DNA from: Oikopleura dioica | Taxonomy: Eukaryota > Animalia > Chordata | Direction: 5' to 3' | DNA length: 64,000 bases | NCBI GenBank assembly: GCA_907165135.1 | Contig: OU015568.1 | Span: 14,074,001 to 14,138,000 of the forward strand | Part shown: piece by piece, positions 53,600 through 64,000 of the stretch | Layout of the letters: the number at the start of each line of letters is the position of its first letter | Numbering within the stretch: the stretch's first letter is position 1 | Notes under the pieces: generated by a model | Database searches by the model: none | Seen by the model: only the letters and a program-made list of their open reading frames with translations | What the model was told of the DNA's origin: nothing | Made by a program: the position numbers and the translations under genes

Positions 53600-56161
53600 G
53601 TTCTAGTCGCACTGTCTTTTTTGATCGGAAACAGCTCAGATAGCGAGTGTTCTAACATCACATGCATTCAAAAGTAGACTTTTATTTTCACTACAGGAAT
53701 GCTTTCAAGCCGGACGGATTTATGAAGGAGTTCTGAAAATCAAGGACGAGTTTTTCTCCGTTGGGTGAAACAACAACGACTCGCTAAAAATCATCTTTAT
53801 TTCCGAATAAGAAAAAATTAACTAACCTGTACTATCCAATCATTTCCACTTTCGTTGAAAAGTGCAGCTGCTTCTATTTCTCCGAGATCATAGGCTTCAT
53901 ACTTTGAGTTATTATTTCTCGAGTAAAAATTACCTGGAATCGAAAAAATTTGCCAAGTTGTATCGAGCTCTGGCTTCTTCAAAACTCGTTTTTGTGTCCG
54001 CCCTGAACATAAAATTTAACCAACATCATAATTCTCATTCAGCTAACCTTTTGTTCCATAGAGCTCGACAAAATGTCCGTTTTCATCTGTCAATTTCTTC
54101 TCGGATAAGATTTTCACCAAATATTTTGAGGAACTTCCATCAGGGCCAAGTTCGTAAACACGCTTTGGTTTGAGCCACTCATCGCACCCGAAAACTTGAT
54201 CTGTTTTACCGATACGATTCGCAAATAATCTACTTCCGAACTTGAATCAACATGCAAAAGGGAAAACAAGTCCTTGAAGTGGTCGCACTGGGCGATCCTG
54301 CTCATCTACTTCCGTCAGTTCGATTCTAGAGAGCAGCCAATCAGGCGAAAGTCCACTGCCGTTATGTCGGACAGTCAACTTGTGCAACGCGGCTAGCTTT
54401 TCCTGGAATCAAGTGTCGTTAAATTTAATTCAGCGAAGCACTTGTGTAAGATGCTCGAAATGACAGACAGAAGATGGCCATATCCGGTGGCTCTAGGAAC
54501 GCTGAATTAGATACTTACTTTGATGTTGATCCTGAGCCGATTTTTGGTGTTTCTTTCGAACGCGTCGCCACCTTGTTCTCGAATTTTGTAACCTTGAATA
54601 TTAGCTTGAAATGAAACAGCTCAGCAGTCAATTTTACCGTTTTTGCCACCCATGGTCTTGCCGTTCTCGTCCGTCAGCCAAAGGAAAACCGCGGCATCTG
54701 TTCCAGCAAAGGCCTTGTCGCCTAAACCGACATTAAATTCGATAAAACTTGAGTTTCAACCTGTGTAAATGCTTCCAACATATCTTGTTATTCCCTGAAT
54801 TGGAGCAGATTCCCCTTTCCCATCGCCGAGATAAAGCTGATCGAGCGAGACCAGTGACGATTTTCTAAAAATTCCAGAGCGTGTTCTTTGGAATTCGTAA
54901 TTTACCTTGATACTTCAGTCAGTTGATTCTCCACGGGAATGTCAACACTGGTGAAATTAATCTGTCCAATCCCAGGTTTGCGCAGAAATTGCTTTACTGG
55001 GGTCATTAGATGAGGTAAATCATTTCCACTGTCGAGTTGCGACGATTTAGGACTCGGCAATTCGACATCCAAATTATTCAGAGACGATTCTGAGTCCGTA
55101 CGACTTTGAAGCGTTTTCGTTCTCAGCAGTTTCTTTGGAAGACTGCGTCGAAGAAATTTTTTGATGCCGCCTTTTGGGTTTGAAGTTGAAGTCGGACGGA
55201 CGAATGGCTGGTTTTCATCGGTCTGGGTATTTGACTCCGGGATGCTCTCTTCAGTGGTGGTCGAGGCAATGGAGCTGGTTTCAGATGGATCCTTTTCTGA
55301 GTTCGACTTATTATCTTTTGTGGTTTCTTCCGGCTCCCCGGCCATCTTGTCTTTCTCTTCAGATTCGTTTTCATCATTTTTACTTTCTTTCACATTGTTC
55401 AGCTGCTCCTGCCCATCTTTCTTTTCTATGTTGTCATTTTTTTCCTTGATTTCTTCTTCGCTTGTTTCGTTTTGTGCTTCCTTCAAATCGTCTTCTTTTT
55501 CTTGAAGATTAACATCATCTTCGTTTTCCGAGGACGATGTGAAAGAATCATCAGATTCTGACTCTGTCGAGTCTTGCTTTTCAAAACTATCTGGATTCGC
55601 GATTCGTACGGGTGGTTGAAGAGTTATCTATTCGGAAAAGTTTTATTAATGATAAAATTATTATAAAGAGGCTCTCTTACTTTTTGCTCACTATCTCTTT
55701 TTGATTTCAATTCTTCTTCGTTAGGAGTATCGTTTGTTACATTCTCAAACAAATCTGCGGACTCAGAATCGGACTGCGAGGATTCGGAAGGATCATCTCT
55801 CAGTGTTCTGATGACTTGTGAAGACTCGGTGTTAAAGCCGCTTTCAGAAAGATCGTCTGTTCGCATATGCGAGGCATCAAGCGTCAAATCCACACTTTCT
55901 TCAATTATTGCATGATCGTCGTCATCGATCGCGGATTCATAGAAAGAAGACAGATCGGGATCTTCTGCTGAGTTCATTTCATCTCTTTCGTGCATAAGTA
56001 CTTTTTATAGAATAAAAACTCATAACTGAGGGGCTTTCAGACTGCCGTATTGTATTTTGCTCTTCAAGCGGAGAGCTCAAAATATGACGGGCCGTTGTTA
56101 TTTCCGTCAAGATTTCATCGTCAACGCTCGTGACAATGCGGTCTTGAATTGTCAGCTTCAA
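53600..56161 (-). CDS. PLAT/LH2-domain protein (at least two PLAT repeats) after a long acidic low-complexity region
   Basis: YVGSIYTGDKAFAGTDAAVFLWL, GSGLSPDWLLSRIEL, FGCDEWL, then KYLVKI...VELYGTKG...DLGEI...DWIVQRVVV. Both gene ends are uncertain. Confidence 0.7.
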
Positions 56162-57624
56162 AAGTTTTTATGCTGTTTTTCTTATTAAAAATTTATTAGA
56201 TAAAACTTTCCTCTTCAAGAGATAAAAGGGTGCCAATACGAAATTGAGCCTGCAAATTGAGCTCCAGAGTTGATCTTGTCGGCTGAAAAATTACTAAAGA
56301 AAGTTAGCTTTCTTTGAATTTTTGTGTTAAAAATAACCTGATAGTTCGCTCATTTCTCTCAAGATCTATCAGAAGTCATGGCATCAAACTCGGATATCAT
56401 CAGCAGCATCATTTCATGGTTCATATGAGCCGAAAAAGACGCGTAATTACGCTCTTTCAGAAGATAATTAACCTTATTTCCCGAGATTTACACCCGATGG
56501 TACATGAGAACGATGGTTTTACCATGTTGACTAGAAGAATGGTCAAGTACATATTATCTTTTTGAAACCTCGATTCTATACCGTTTCATCATCTTGTTTG
56601 CGTTCCGCGTGAGCGATGTTTAGCAGAGGTTTTTTAATCAAATAAAAATTAAACTAATAATAGTCGCGTTATCGGCTTTGCTCCGCAAATCGATCCTTTC
56701 CCGGTCATCGTCTGAATTCATTGAGCAAAATCTGTTGAATCTAACACATTTATATATAAGTAGAACTGTCGAGCAGCGTTTAATGATTTAACAAAAAAAA
56801 CGCAGTTACAGTTTTTTTTCTCCGAATCGAAAAATGGATACAGAGAATCTCGAGTAGACAAAGAAGAAATGTAAAATGTCTACTGCAAGTTCTTCGTATT
56901 CCATAGTAAGCGTAAGTCTAAAATCATATATTTTTCTAGGGGGAATCTATAAGCTTTGGAATTCGGGTGATGAAAATTTTTGACGGAACCCTATGTTGGC
57001 CGCTTGATAAATTTTTTTTCTGCGCAAGAAATTCTGTCTAGTGAAAAGTCATGTTCAAAATAGTTCGAAGGTTTTTCAACTCCGATCTCATTAAAAACGC
57101 GACTAAGCCTCGAAACATCCCGTTGGCAGTTGCAAATTGAATGTTAATTTGTCTGATTCAATTGAAATTTGAATCGATGAGCCACAGTGCCCGGCACACG
57201 TGTTTTTGCCGCAGTTTATTACAGTCAGATTGACTACAGAGCTGCTGTAATTGCTGCATTATTAAGGAAACTTCATTGTGTCAGTTATTCGAAGTGTTCA
57301 CTGACCGCGGTGGACGTTTGCAAAGACAGATTTCCATTTTTGATCACTCCCATTTTTGGCCGTTCACAGAGAAAAAACACTCCTAGAAAAATAAAAAAAT
57401 GGCGACGACCTCAGCGGCGGGGACTGCCGGGCTGACCATGGTCGTCATAAGAAATACAAAAGGCAGGGAATTTTTGAATTCGATTTTGAATTAGTATACT
57501 CCTTGTTGATTTCAAAGAAAATTCAAAAAGCCACAAAAAGCACTCAAAAGAAATACAGTTGCGAGGGCTCAATTCTTTTGAATACTAATTATTACCGACT
57601 CGATATTAAAATTACTCTAACAAC

Positions 57625-57651
57625 AACCCTAACCCTAACCCTAACCCTAAC
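57625..57651 (+). repeat. Short interstitial telomere-type repeat (CCCTAA)4
   Basis: AACCCTAACCCTAACCCTAACCCTAAC. Confidence 0.75.
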
Positions 57652-58659
57652 TTACCAATATTGTTGCCCCTTTTTACATATTGACACCGTTTTTATCATG
57701 AAAAGAAGCCATGAATAGTTCATCTGCGGCGCCAAACACTTAAACTTATCGGCCCTTACGTCTGGAAAAAAGAACAGGAATTGGTTGCGGCTTGGCTATT
57801 TAGGCTTGATTTATAGAAGACGGTTAATTTATTTTATGGTCCTTTATGCGCCTTGTAAAGCCTCAGCGGACGATCTTTTGCATCCTTTTTCAGAAGGGAG
57901 AGATTAGCTGTTTAGAGACAATTTTCAAATGAAGTGAACACTGAGTGATAATATTTTTAAATCGCCGAGGTCAGGTGCATGTTCGCCGCGGGATCAGTAA
58001 GAGTAGGAAAAGAGTCGTGAATTTTCAAGACTGCCCTGACATACAGGAATTAGTGACATGCAGGCTGCGACTCGTTTACAGGCGGCGGAAATACAGTAAA
58101 AGCTCAGCGAAGAGCTTCAACAAAGCGAGTAAAAGTAAATTTGACGATATTCGCAACTATCATTATTTCAACCATAAACATAGAACACACAGCAAAAAGA
58201 AGGCTCGATTGATGAATTTGGCTCGCAAGACTCATCCAATTACGAGGTTTGTTGTAAATTTTTCATTCTGATAATTGAATCGGTGCAATAGCATGTTTCG
58301 TCGGTTGAATATAATACGGGACGGGAATGTGGTTAGGAAGTATTATGGGAAATTATTTGAGCTCGCTAAAAAGTGGTCAAAGTTTTGCGACTAGAGTTTG
58401 CGATGAGAACGATCAGGTATAATAAATGAAGGAATAGAGGGTTTTTTTTCCTATTTTTCAATAGATTGGTTTCGATTGCTGAAGTCAGAAGGATCATTAT
58501 CCTAAATTATGATAAAGAAAGCTCATCCATAAATTCGTAGGGCTAATGAAGGACTTCCTAATTTTCAAATCAGAGTAGAAAATGGCCTGCTGGCATGTGT
58601 TCCCTCGAGAGAGAGAGAACGACAGACTTTTGTTGAAAAACTGATGAGTGGTTCCATTA

Positions 58660-58952
58660 CGGGTGATTGACGTCGTAAATGACTTCTACAGTTTGCGTGT
58701 TATCCAACTCTCGGTCTTTTATTTCAATTTTTTTATGACAGAGATGGGTTAATAATACTCGATATTCTTGACTAAGAGAAAAGGGGAAATTATTAATCGC
58801 ATGATTAGTCGTTAGCCACGCGATTTTGCCTTCTTCTTCTGCGGATGATCTTTCTGCCCCTGTAAGTACCTGTAAATCAATTTCAGCAGACGGATTAGAC
58901 CAAAAATTGAACCGCTCTGAACTTGACGGGTCAGTATAACAGAAACTGTCCA
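58660..58952 (-). CDS. Candidate internal exon of an antisense gene nested upstream of / within the DPP 5' region
   Basis: A 98-codon open frame bounded by CTCTAG and GTAATG with protein-like composition. Partner exons not found. Confidence 0.3.
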
Positions 58953-60285
58953 CTAGAGCTTATTGAAAATGAGGCGAGGCAATCAGCCCAAAGAAGGTCG
59001 AAGCGATTGAAAGGTGCATTAATTAAAAAGAAAATAATAATTTAGCAGTGCCACTACTACTGCCAGTCAAATATTGCCTCTCGGGCACGATTACCATGAA
59101 TTCCTGAATAATCCAAAAGGGCAATCGCCCGATTTGGCCACCTCACGTGTACAGAGATTCACATCTAAGAGAATGATGACTTCGAGAAAAAGGGCTACCT
59201 GAGGGGTTCTGCGAAAAAATGTTTGCATGCAACGCGAATGCGAATATCGCTTCCAGAGACGGGTCAATTTATTTTAGGTCAAAAGGAAGGAAAAATTAAA
59301 TAATGATAAATCTGTACCCAAGCTGAAGCGATTCGAAAGAAAAATGTGCTCTCTTATTCACAGCAATATTTCCCCCTTCTCAACCCCAACTCCAAGTTTC
59401 CAATGGCTCTAATTGCATTGTTTTTATTCCGAATGAAAATATTCCCAAAGCATTTGGATTCTGGGCAATGTCCACTTTTGAATAGAACCCGATCTCTCAT
59501 TTAGTTTTGACAAAAGCAGATGGTTGTAGGATTTTGTAGAGAAAAATTCTTCGTTGCCGAATTTATTTTGAGTAATTTTTTCAAAGGAACCGGAACAAGA
59601 ATCCTCGAAAAAAAACGTTCAAAAGTGCAATAGCTGAAATTTTCCTTATGTAAAATTTTGTTATAAGAAAGTAGACGTGGCCCTTTTTGTCGAATTCCGG
59701 CTAGATATTTTACAAGTAAACCGGAAAGCGCTGCGCATCAGCGAGGAATCGAATGAGCACATTCCAGAGTTCGAAAATGTCAAAAAGCGAAAGAACGAAA
59801 AGGGGGATGAGTCGGGCTCCTTCGACGAGGAGTGCGATTTCGGAGAGGTATTTTACTGTTTTTCACGATCTGCTCTTTTCTATAGGTCTTCATGAGCAAT
59901 TAATGATACTTTGACGTTTTGAAGGGTATAAGAGTATAAAGCCTTTATTAAATTTTTATGTGGGGCCTCAAAAATGTTTTTGGAAAAAATAGACTCAGAG
60001 GAAATACACTTTTGTACGACAAAAGCTGCTACAGTAAGATTAAACACCACGGACGCGGATCAGCCGATTATCAAAATCTGTCAATAACAACCACTCCGAG
60101 TAAAAATGCAGGCTCTTGCTCGTTATTGACAATTGTAAATTGTTTCCGAAACACTTTTTAACAGAGCATCAAAAATGTATCACGGGGCCAATATTCAATC
60201 AAGGGGAACACAGGGGAATTTCTGGAAGGTTTTAAAAGATCAGATGATTTCTACCGTTTTTAATTAGATGAGGCATTTGTTTTAG

Positions 60286-63200
60286 GAGCTCGTGTCTGGA
60301 GCGGACGAGAAGAAGGACTGGAAAGGGATTACACTTGCCATCTTATGCATCATTCTTATCGGCTGTCTTGTGGCTCTGTCTGTCCTGATACTAGAGTAAG
60401 AACAATAACTAACTAGAAACATATTAAATTGCTGCTAGGCCAGATGAAACTCCCCTTGGACCGGCACTAACGCTCAAAGAAATTATCGCTTTCTCAAGTT
60501 ATTTCAAACGAAATTCAGTCTTTTCAAAATCTATTTGGAGAAAGAACAGCCTCTTTTTCCTCGACAGCGATGGGAACATCATCAGAAAGGACTTCCAACA
60601 ACCAAAGACTATTGTCCTTGCTGCTTTTAACTCAGAGTTTTCAACGTAAGTGCAGTCTGAATTGTTTATCTTAATCTTAATTTAGAGAAAATGTGAAAGA
60701 CTGGGATGTCTCTGGGGACGCCAATTTCGCTATTCTGAAAAAAGCAAATGATTATGATGCATTTGACAATACGGTTTTGAATTATGCTTTTTCCGTGCTC
60801 TATTTCTTATAAAAACCTACAATAAGACCTGTCAACGAGTAGCAGTCAGCTGAAAAGTGCGATCGCGAGCGATAAATCTCCAATTTCCTGGGCGGAGTTC
60901 GGAAGCTCCTCTGGATCGAAAATCGTCTTCAAGCGTGCCAAAGGAGGACTTGTTTATAAAGAATCGATGTTTGGAGAAGAAGTTACTCTTTCGACAAGTC
61001 AATATGCAGCAATTCCCCCAGCTTTATTCCTAAAAGAAGTTTTCAAAGATAAAGGAACGTGTTTTTAAAAATCAGAATGAAAGAATCAAGTTTCTTATTA
61101 AATGTTTAAAAATCACGTGACAGCCTCTTTATGGTGGAGTCCAAATGAAAATACACTCGCCTTTGCTGAATTTGATATGTCAGAAGTGCCCACTAGAACT
61201 GTATCACGTTTTCTTCGGCCAAATGGGAAGCGAGATTCTGATGAGCGAAATACCAAAAATTTATTTTACCCGAAATCAACAGAAAAACTTCCGAAGACGA
61301 TATTGAAAGTGATTGATTTGAGGTCATTCCGGAATTCTGAAGATGCAATAATTTTAGGAAAGGGTCAATAATTCGTTATAAACGATTTAAAATATAAAAA
61401 CAACTCTGACAAAGAACCGACGACGACCTCTGTTACATATTTGATGAGTTTACTCTGGCTCTCTGATGAGGAGTTCATCGCGCTTTGGAGCGATCCCGAC
61501 CGTGAGCTGAACATTTACGAGCGATGCTTCGTCAAACAGGGCAGTTGTGAGCAAGTATACAAGTCTGAAGAAGCTTCTTGTGCTCTTCCCGCCGCGGTAA
61601 AAAATAAAAACAGTCGAAGAATAACATTTTAAAGGCATTGACCAATTTGGTGAAAATTTCTAATACGAAAATTGCGACTCTCAAACGAGGAAAAATTGCC
61701 AAAAATGGCGGCTCAGTTAAAATTCTGCTTCCGTACTCAATCGATGTTGATGCAAAACCTGCTTCAGCAGCAATCAGCGCTTTTGTCCATTCCTCTTTCA
61801 ATTCCTTCTCAGGTATTTTGCAAGGAGTGGGCTTTGAAACGAGATTTTACAGAATAACTTTGTGTAAACTTCAGAGTACACGGAAGGATACGTGGACATG
61901 ATAGGCGCTGATTCATCTAGCGCCGTGTACTTCCGACGGCGGCTGGGACAGAGCGTACATCTGTTCAAACAATCACAAACCACGGAGGTACTTTGTATCC
62001 ATCGATTGCGTCACTTAGGCATCTTCTAATCAAGGCGCAGTGTTTGACCTGTCCGAGCGAGACAAGCGCAAGCCAGAGGCCTTGCGACAACTCTGAAGTC
62101 AACTGCCGCGCGGACATGACACTTTGCCTAGTCAAGGTAGTTTTTTTATTCAGCAATGTGACGCAAGCTTACTAATCATTGAATTTTCCTTGACCTAATA
62201 GCTAAGGCTGTACGTTGATAGTATTTTTAGTGCTTGTACTCCAATGAAACAATGGTCCCCTTCTCATATCTGATCAACAACCCGACAGATATCACTGATT
62301 GGAAGTTCTCGTCAAACAACCAGACCTTCGAAATGCTTGAAGACAACGAAAAATTCAATAATCAAACAGCTTTGAAAACGCGAAAGACTTTTGTGACCTT
62401 TTTCGGGTCTGAACGAATAGGGGGAAAAATGGTTTCCTTCAAATTGACGAGACCTAAAACGCAGCGTTCTGAGCGCTTCCCAATCGTCGTTTTTATGCCC
62501 TCAGATCGAAGCGTCCAGAGCGAGAAGAGATTTGATTTTGGACTGAAGGAATACTTTGCATCAGCTTATCAGCTCAATGTGCTCGAATTTGATGGTCTTG
62601 GATCGGAGCTGGGGTCAGGAATGGTTCGGATAAATTTGATTTTCCAAAACGGAACAAAAATGAACCAGAAAAGCCGATGATTATTGCTCTGGTGATTCTA
62701 TGGAGTCCAGAAGCAACCAAGTGGTCGACTTTCTCTCTAAGTTGACGGTAAAAATTTACGAATGCAAATTTTACACTTGCACTTCACTTAAATTTTATAA
62801 TTGAAACACGTTCTGGTTTAATTTTAAACGACACGTTCAATCTTCAAAAAACAATGTTTCATTTTAAAAGAGTACATTTTTAATACCGCTAAGTTCATTT
62901 TGAAGGATGGTGGGTTCAAGAAAAGCCAAATGATATTTGGCTTGGACACAAAGAAGATTGCGCTTTTTGGATTTGAAAATGGTGCGAATTTGGCGCTCTC
63001 GACAGCTTCGAAATTGAAGACGTTGAATTGTACATTGGCGATTTCATTGCTCGCTGATTCTAGCGATTTAGGTAATCAAAGTCTGAGTAAACTCGGCTCT
63101 AATTGTCTTTTAGCATCTCCGATTTCGTCAAATATAAAATCATCATCAAATCTCACTAACGATATTGACACGAATAACATCAGAAAACTCAAACTGATAA

Positions 63201-63556
63201 GTCCTCTTGATGACGGTAAGAATGCTGAACCAATTTATTATAATAAAATTCAAGATTTTATATCACCAATCGATGCAATCTCACTGGATCAAAAATTTGG
63301 TATACAGAAAGATATTTCGCTGAAATTTCTAAAAGGAACGAGTGAATCGCTTTTATCTTCAAAATACTGGGGTAAGACCGATTTGTATGCTCGTCATTTG
63401 CAAGTGTTTAGATTTTTACGGCGAGTACTTCTCATCGTGCCTGAAGAAGAGCTCTCCTTGAACACGCCGCGCCGCCCGAGTCTTCCACGAGTCTTCCCGA
63501 ATTCCAAGCAGCGCCATCTGCCGTTCGCACTGCTAATAGAACTAATAAAAACGTAA
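60286..63556 (+). CDS. DPP6/DPP10: Inactive dipeptidyl-peptidase-like protein (DPP6/DPP10 type; S9B fold, type II membrane); first exon(s) upstream and unresolved
   Basis: Exon ELVSGADEKKDWKGITLAILCIILIGCLVALSVLIL parallels the DPP6/10 WKGIAIALLVIL TM exon. Also LWWSPNENTLAFAEF, FYPK, CLTC and LEFDGLGS. The nucleophile elbow reads GFENG. Confidence 0.9.
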
Positions 63557-63611
63557 CGCGAATTCTTTCTTATCATTCAATCCTGCAACACGGAAAAAAC
63601 GTAACCTAGAG

Positions 63612-64000
63612 ATGAAGCTAGGGATACAGTTGCCACTGCTTATCGCTGCCGTAAAATCGCAGTTTACGGTTACAATCAAATTATGTACAGACAGAGATCG
63701 CTCGCCCAAAATCGTGAATCAGGCTTGGGCTCCTTCCGGAAGTTTGACAATGCAAATCGGATCCAACCCCTCCTTTCCGCTCAATTTGCCCTACAATCAG
63801 AAGAAACACGAAGAAGATATGACCGAAGAATACGAAGGAGACATTGACAGTGCTTCGACGGTAAGATATTCTTTTAATTGACATGTGAAAATTTGAATAT
63901 GTAGGTTTCCTTCCTGTATACAAAGAAAGACATCTTGTGCATCGAGAAACTAGAGCTGAGATCATTAAAATCCGGCGCTCAATTCAACATCATTCAAGAC
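63612..64000 (+). CDS. Secreted protein, 3'-partial
   Basis: Signal-peptide-like MKLGIQLPLLIAAVKS, a GTAAG donor near 63861, and the ATG lies 2 nt after a TAG acceptor. Confidence 0.6.

Noticed and set aside
54201-54272. Apparent GA-AG non-canonical intron in the PLAT gene
   Set aside because: A same-phase canonical GT donor at 54251 also works, so it cannot be decided without reads. The same ambiguity applies near 46230 in the zinc-finger gene.
57945-58271. 108-aa basic plus-strand ORF
   Set aside because: GTG start, no recognisable domain, and no donor phased to the DPP exon; left uncalled.
61238-61250. CTGATGAGCGAAA, resembling a hammerhead ribozyme core
   Set aside because: No stem II or flanking stems, and it lies within DPP coding sequence (DSDERN).

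Overview
Eukaryotic, gene-dense window with very short introns (many 30-60 nt) and chordate-type genes. The inferred source is a larvacean tunicate such as Oikopleura; this is not proven from the sequence. The supplied ORF track ignores splicing, so I rebuilt gene models by hand from splice sites and reading frames. In order: a giant coiled-coil gene or two tandem ones (1-10.7 kb, +); an ALK/LTK-type glycine-rich-domain gene (+); an orphan 551-aa Ser/Pro-rich gene (-); a ~13-kb non-coding block enriched in TTTATGG sites and holding one tRNA-Lys(UUU); a complete CaMKII gene (-, 30.7-35.4 kb); a nest of inverted-repeat transposons (37.3-42.0 kb); a co-oriented minus-strand run (C2H2 zinc finger, F-box-like, Ly6/uPAR-like membrane protein, PLAT-domain protein); a catalytically dead DPP6/DPP10-like gene (+); and the start of a secreted-protein gene 55 nt downstream. 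The best second-look items are (i) two mutually exclusive CaMKII exons for the alphaE/HRDLK segment with a MITE hairpin between them, (ii) five in-frame cassette exons able to build a ~250-aa CaMKII linker, and (iii) a 1.35-kb foldback element whose arms each start with a self-palindromic mini-element. No prokaryotic system, CRISPR array or intact transposase was found.
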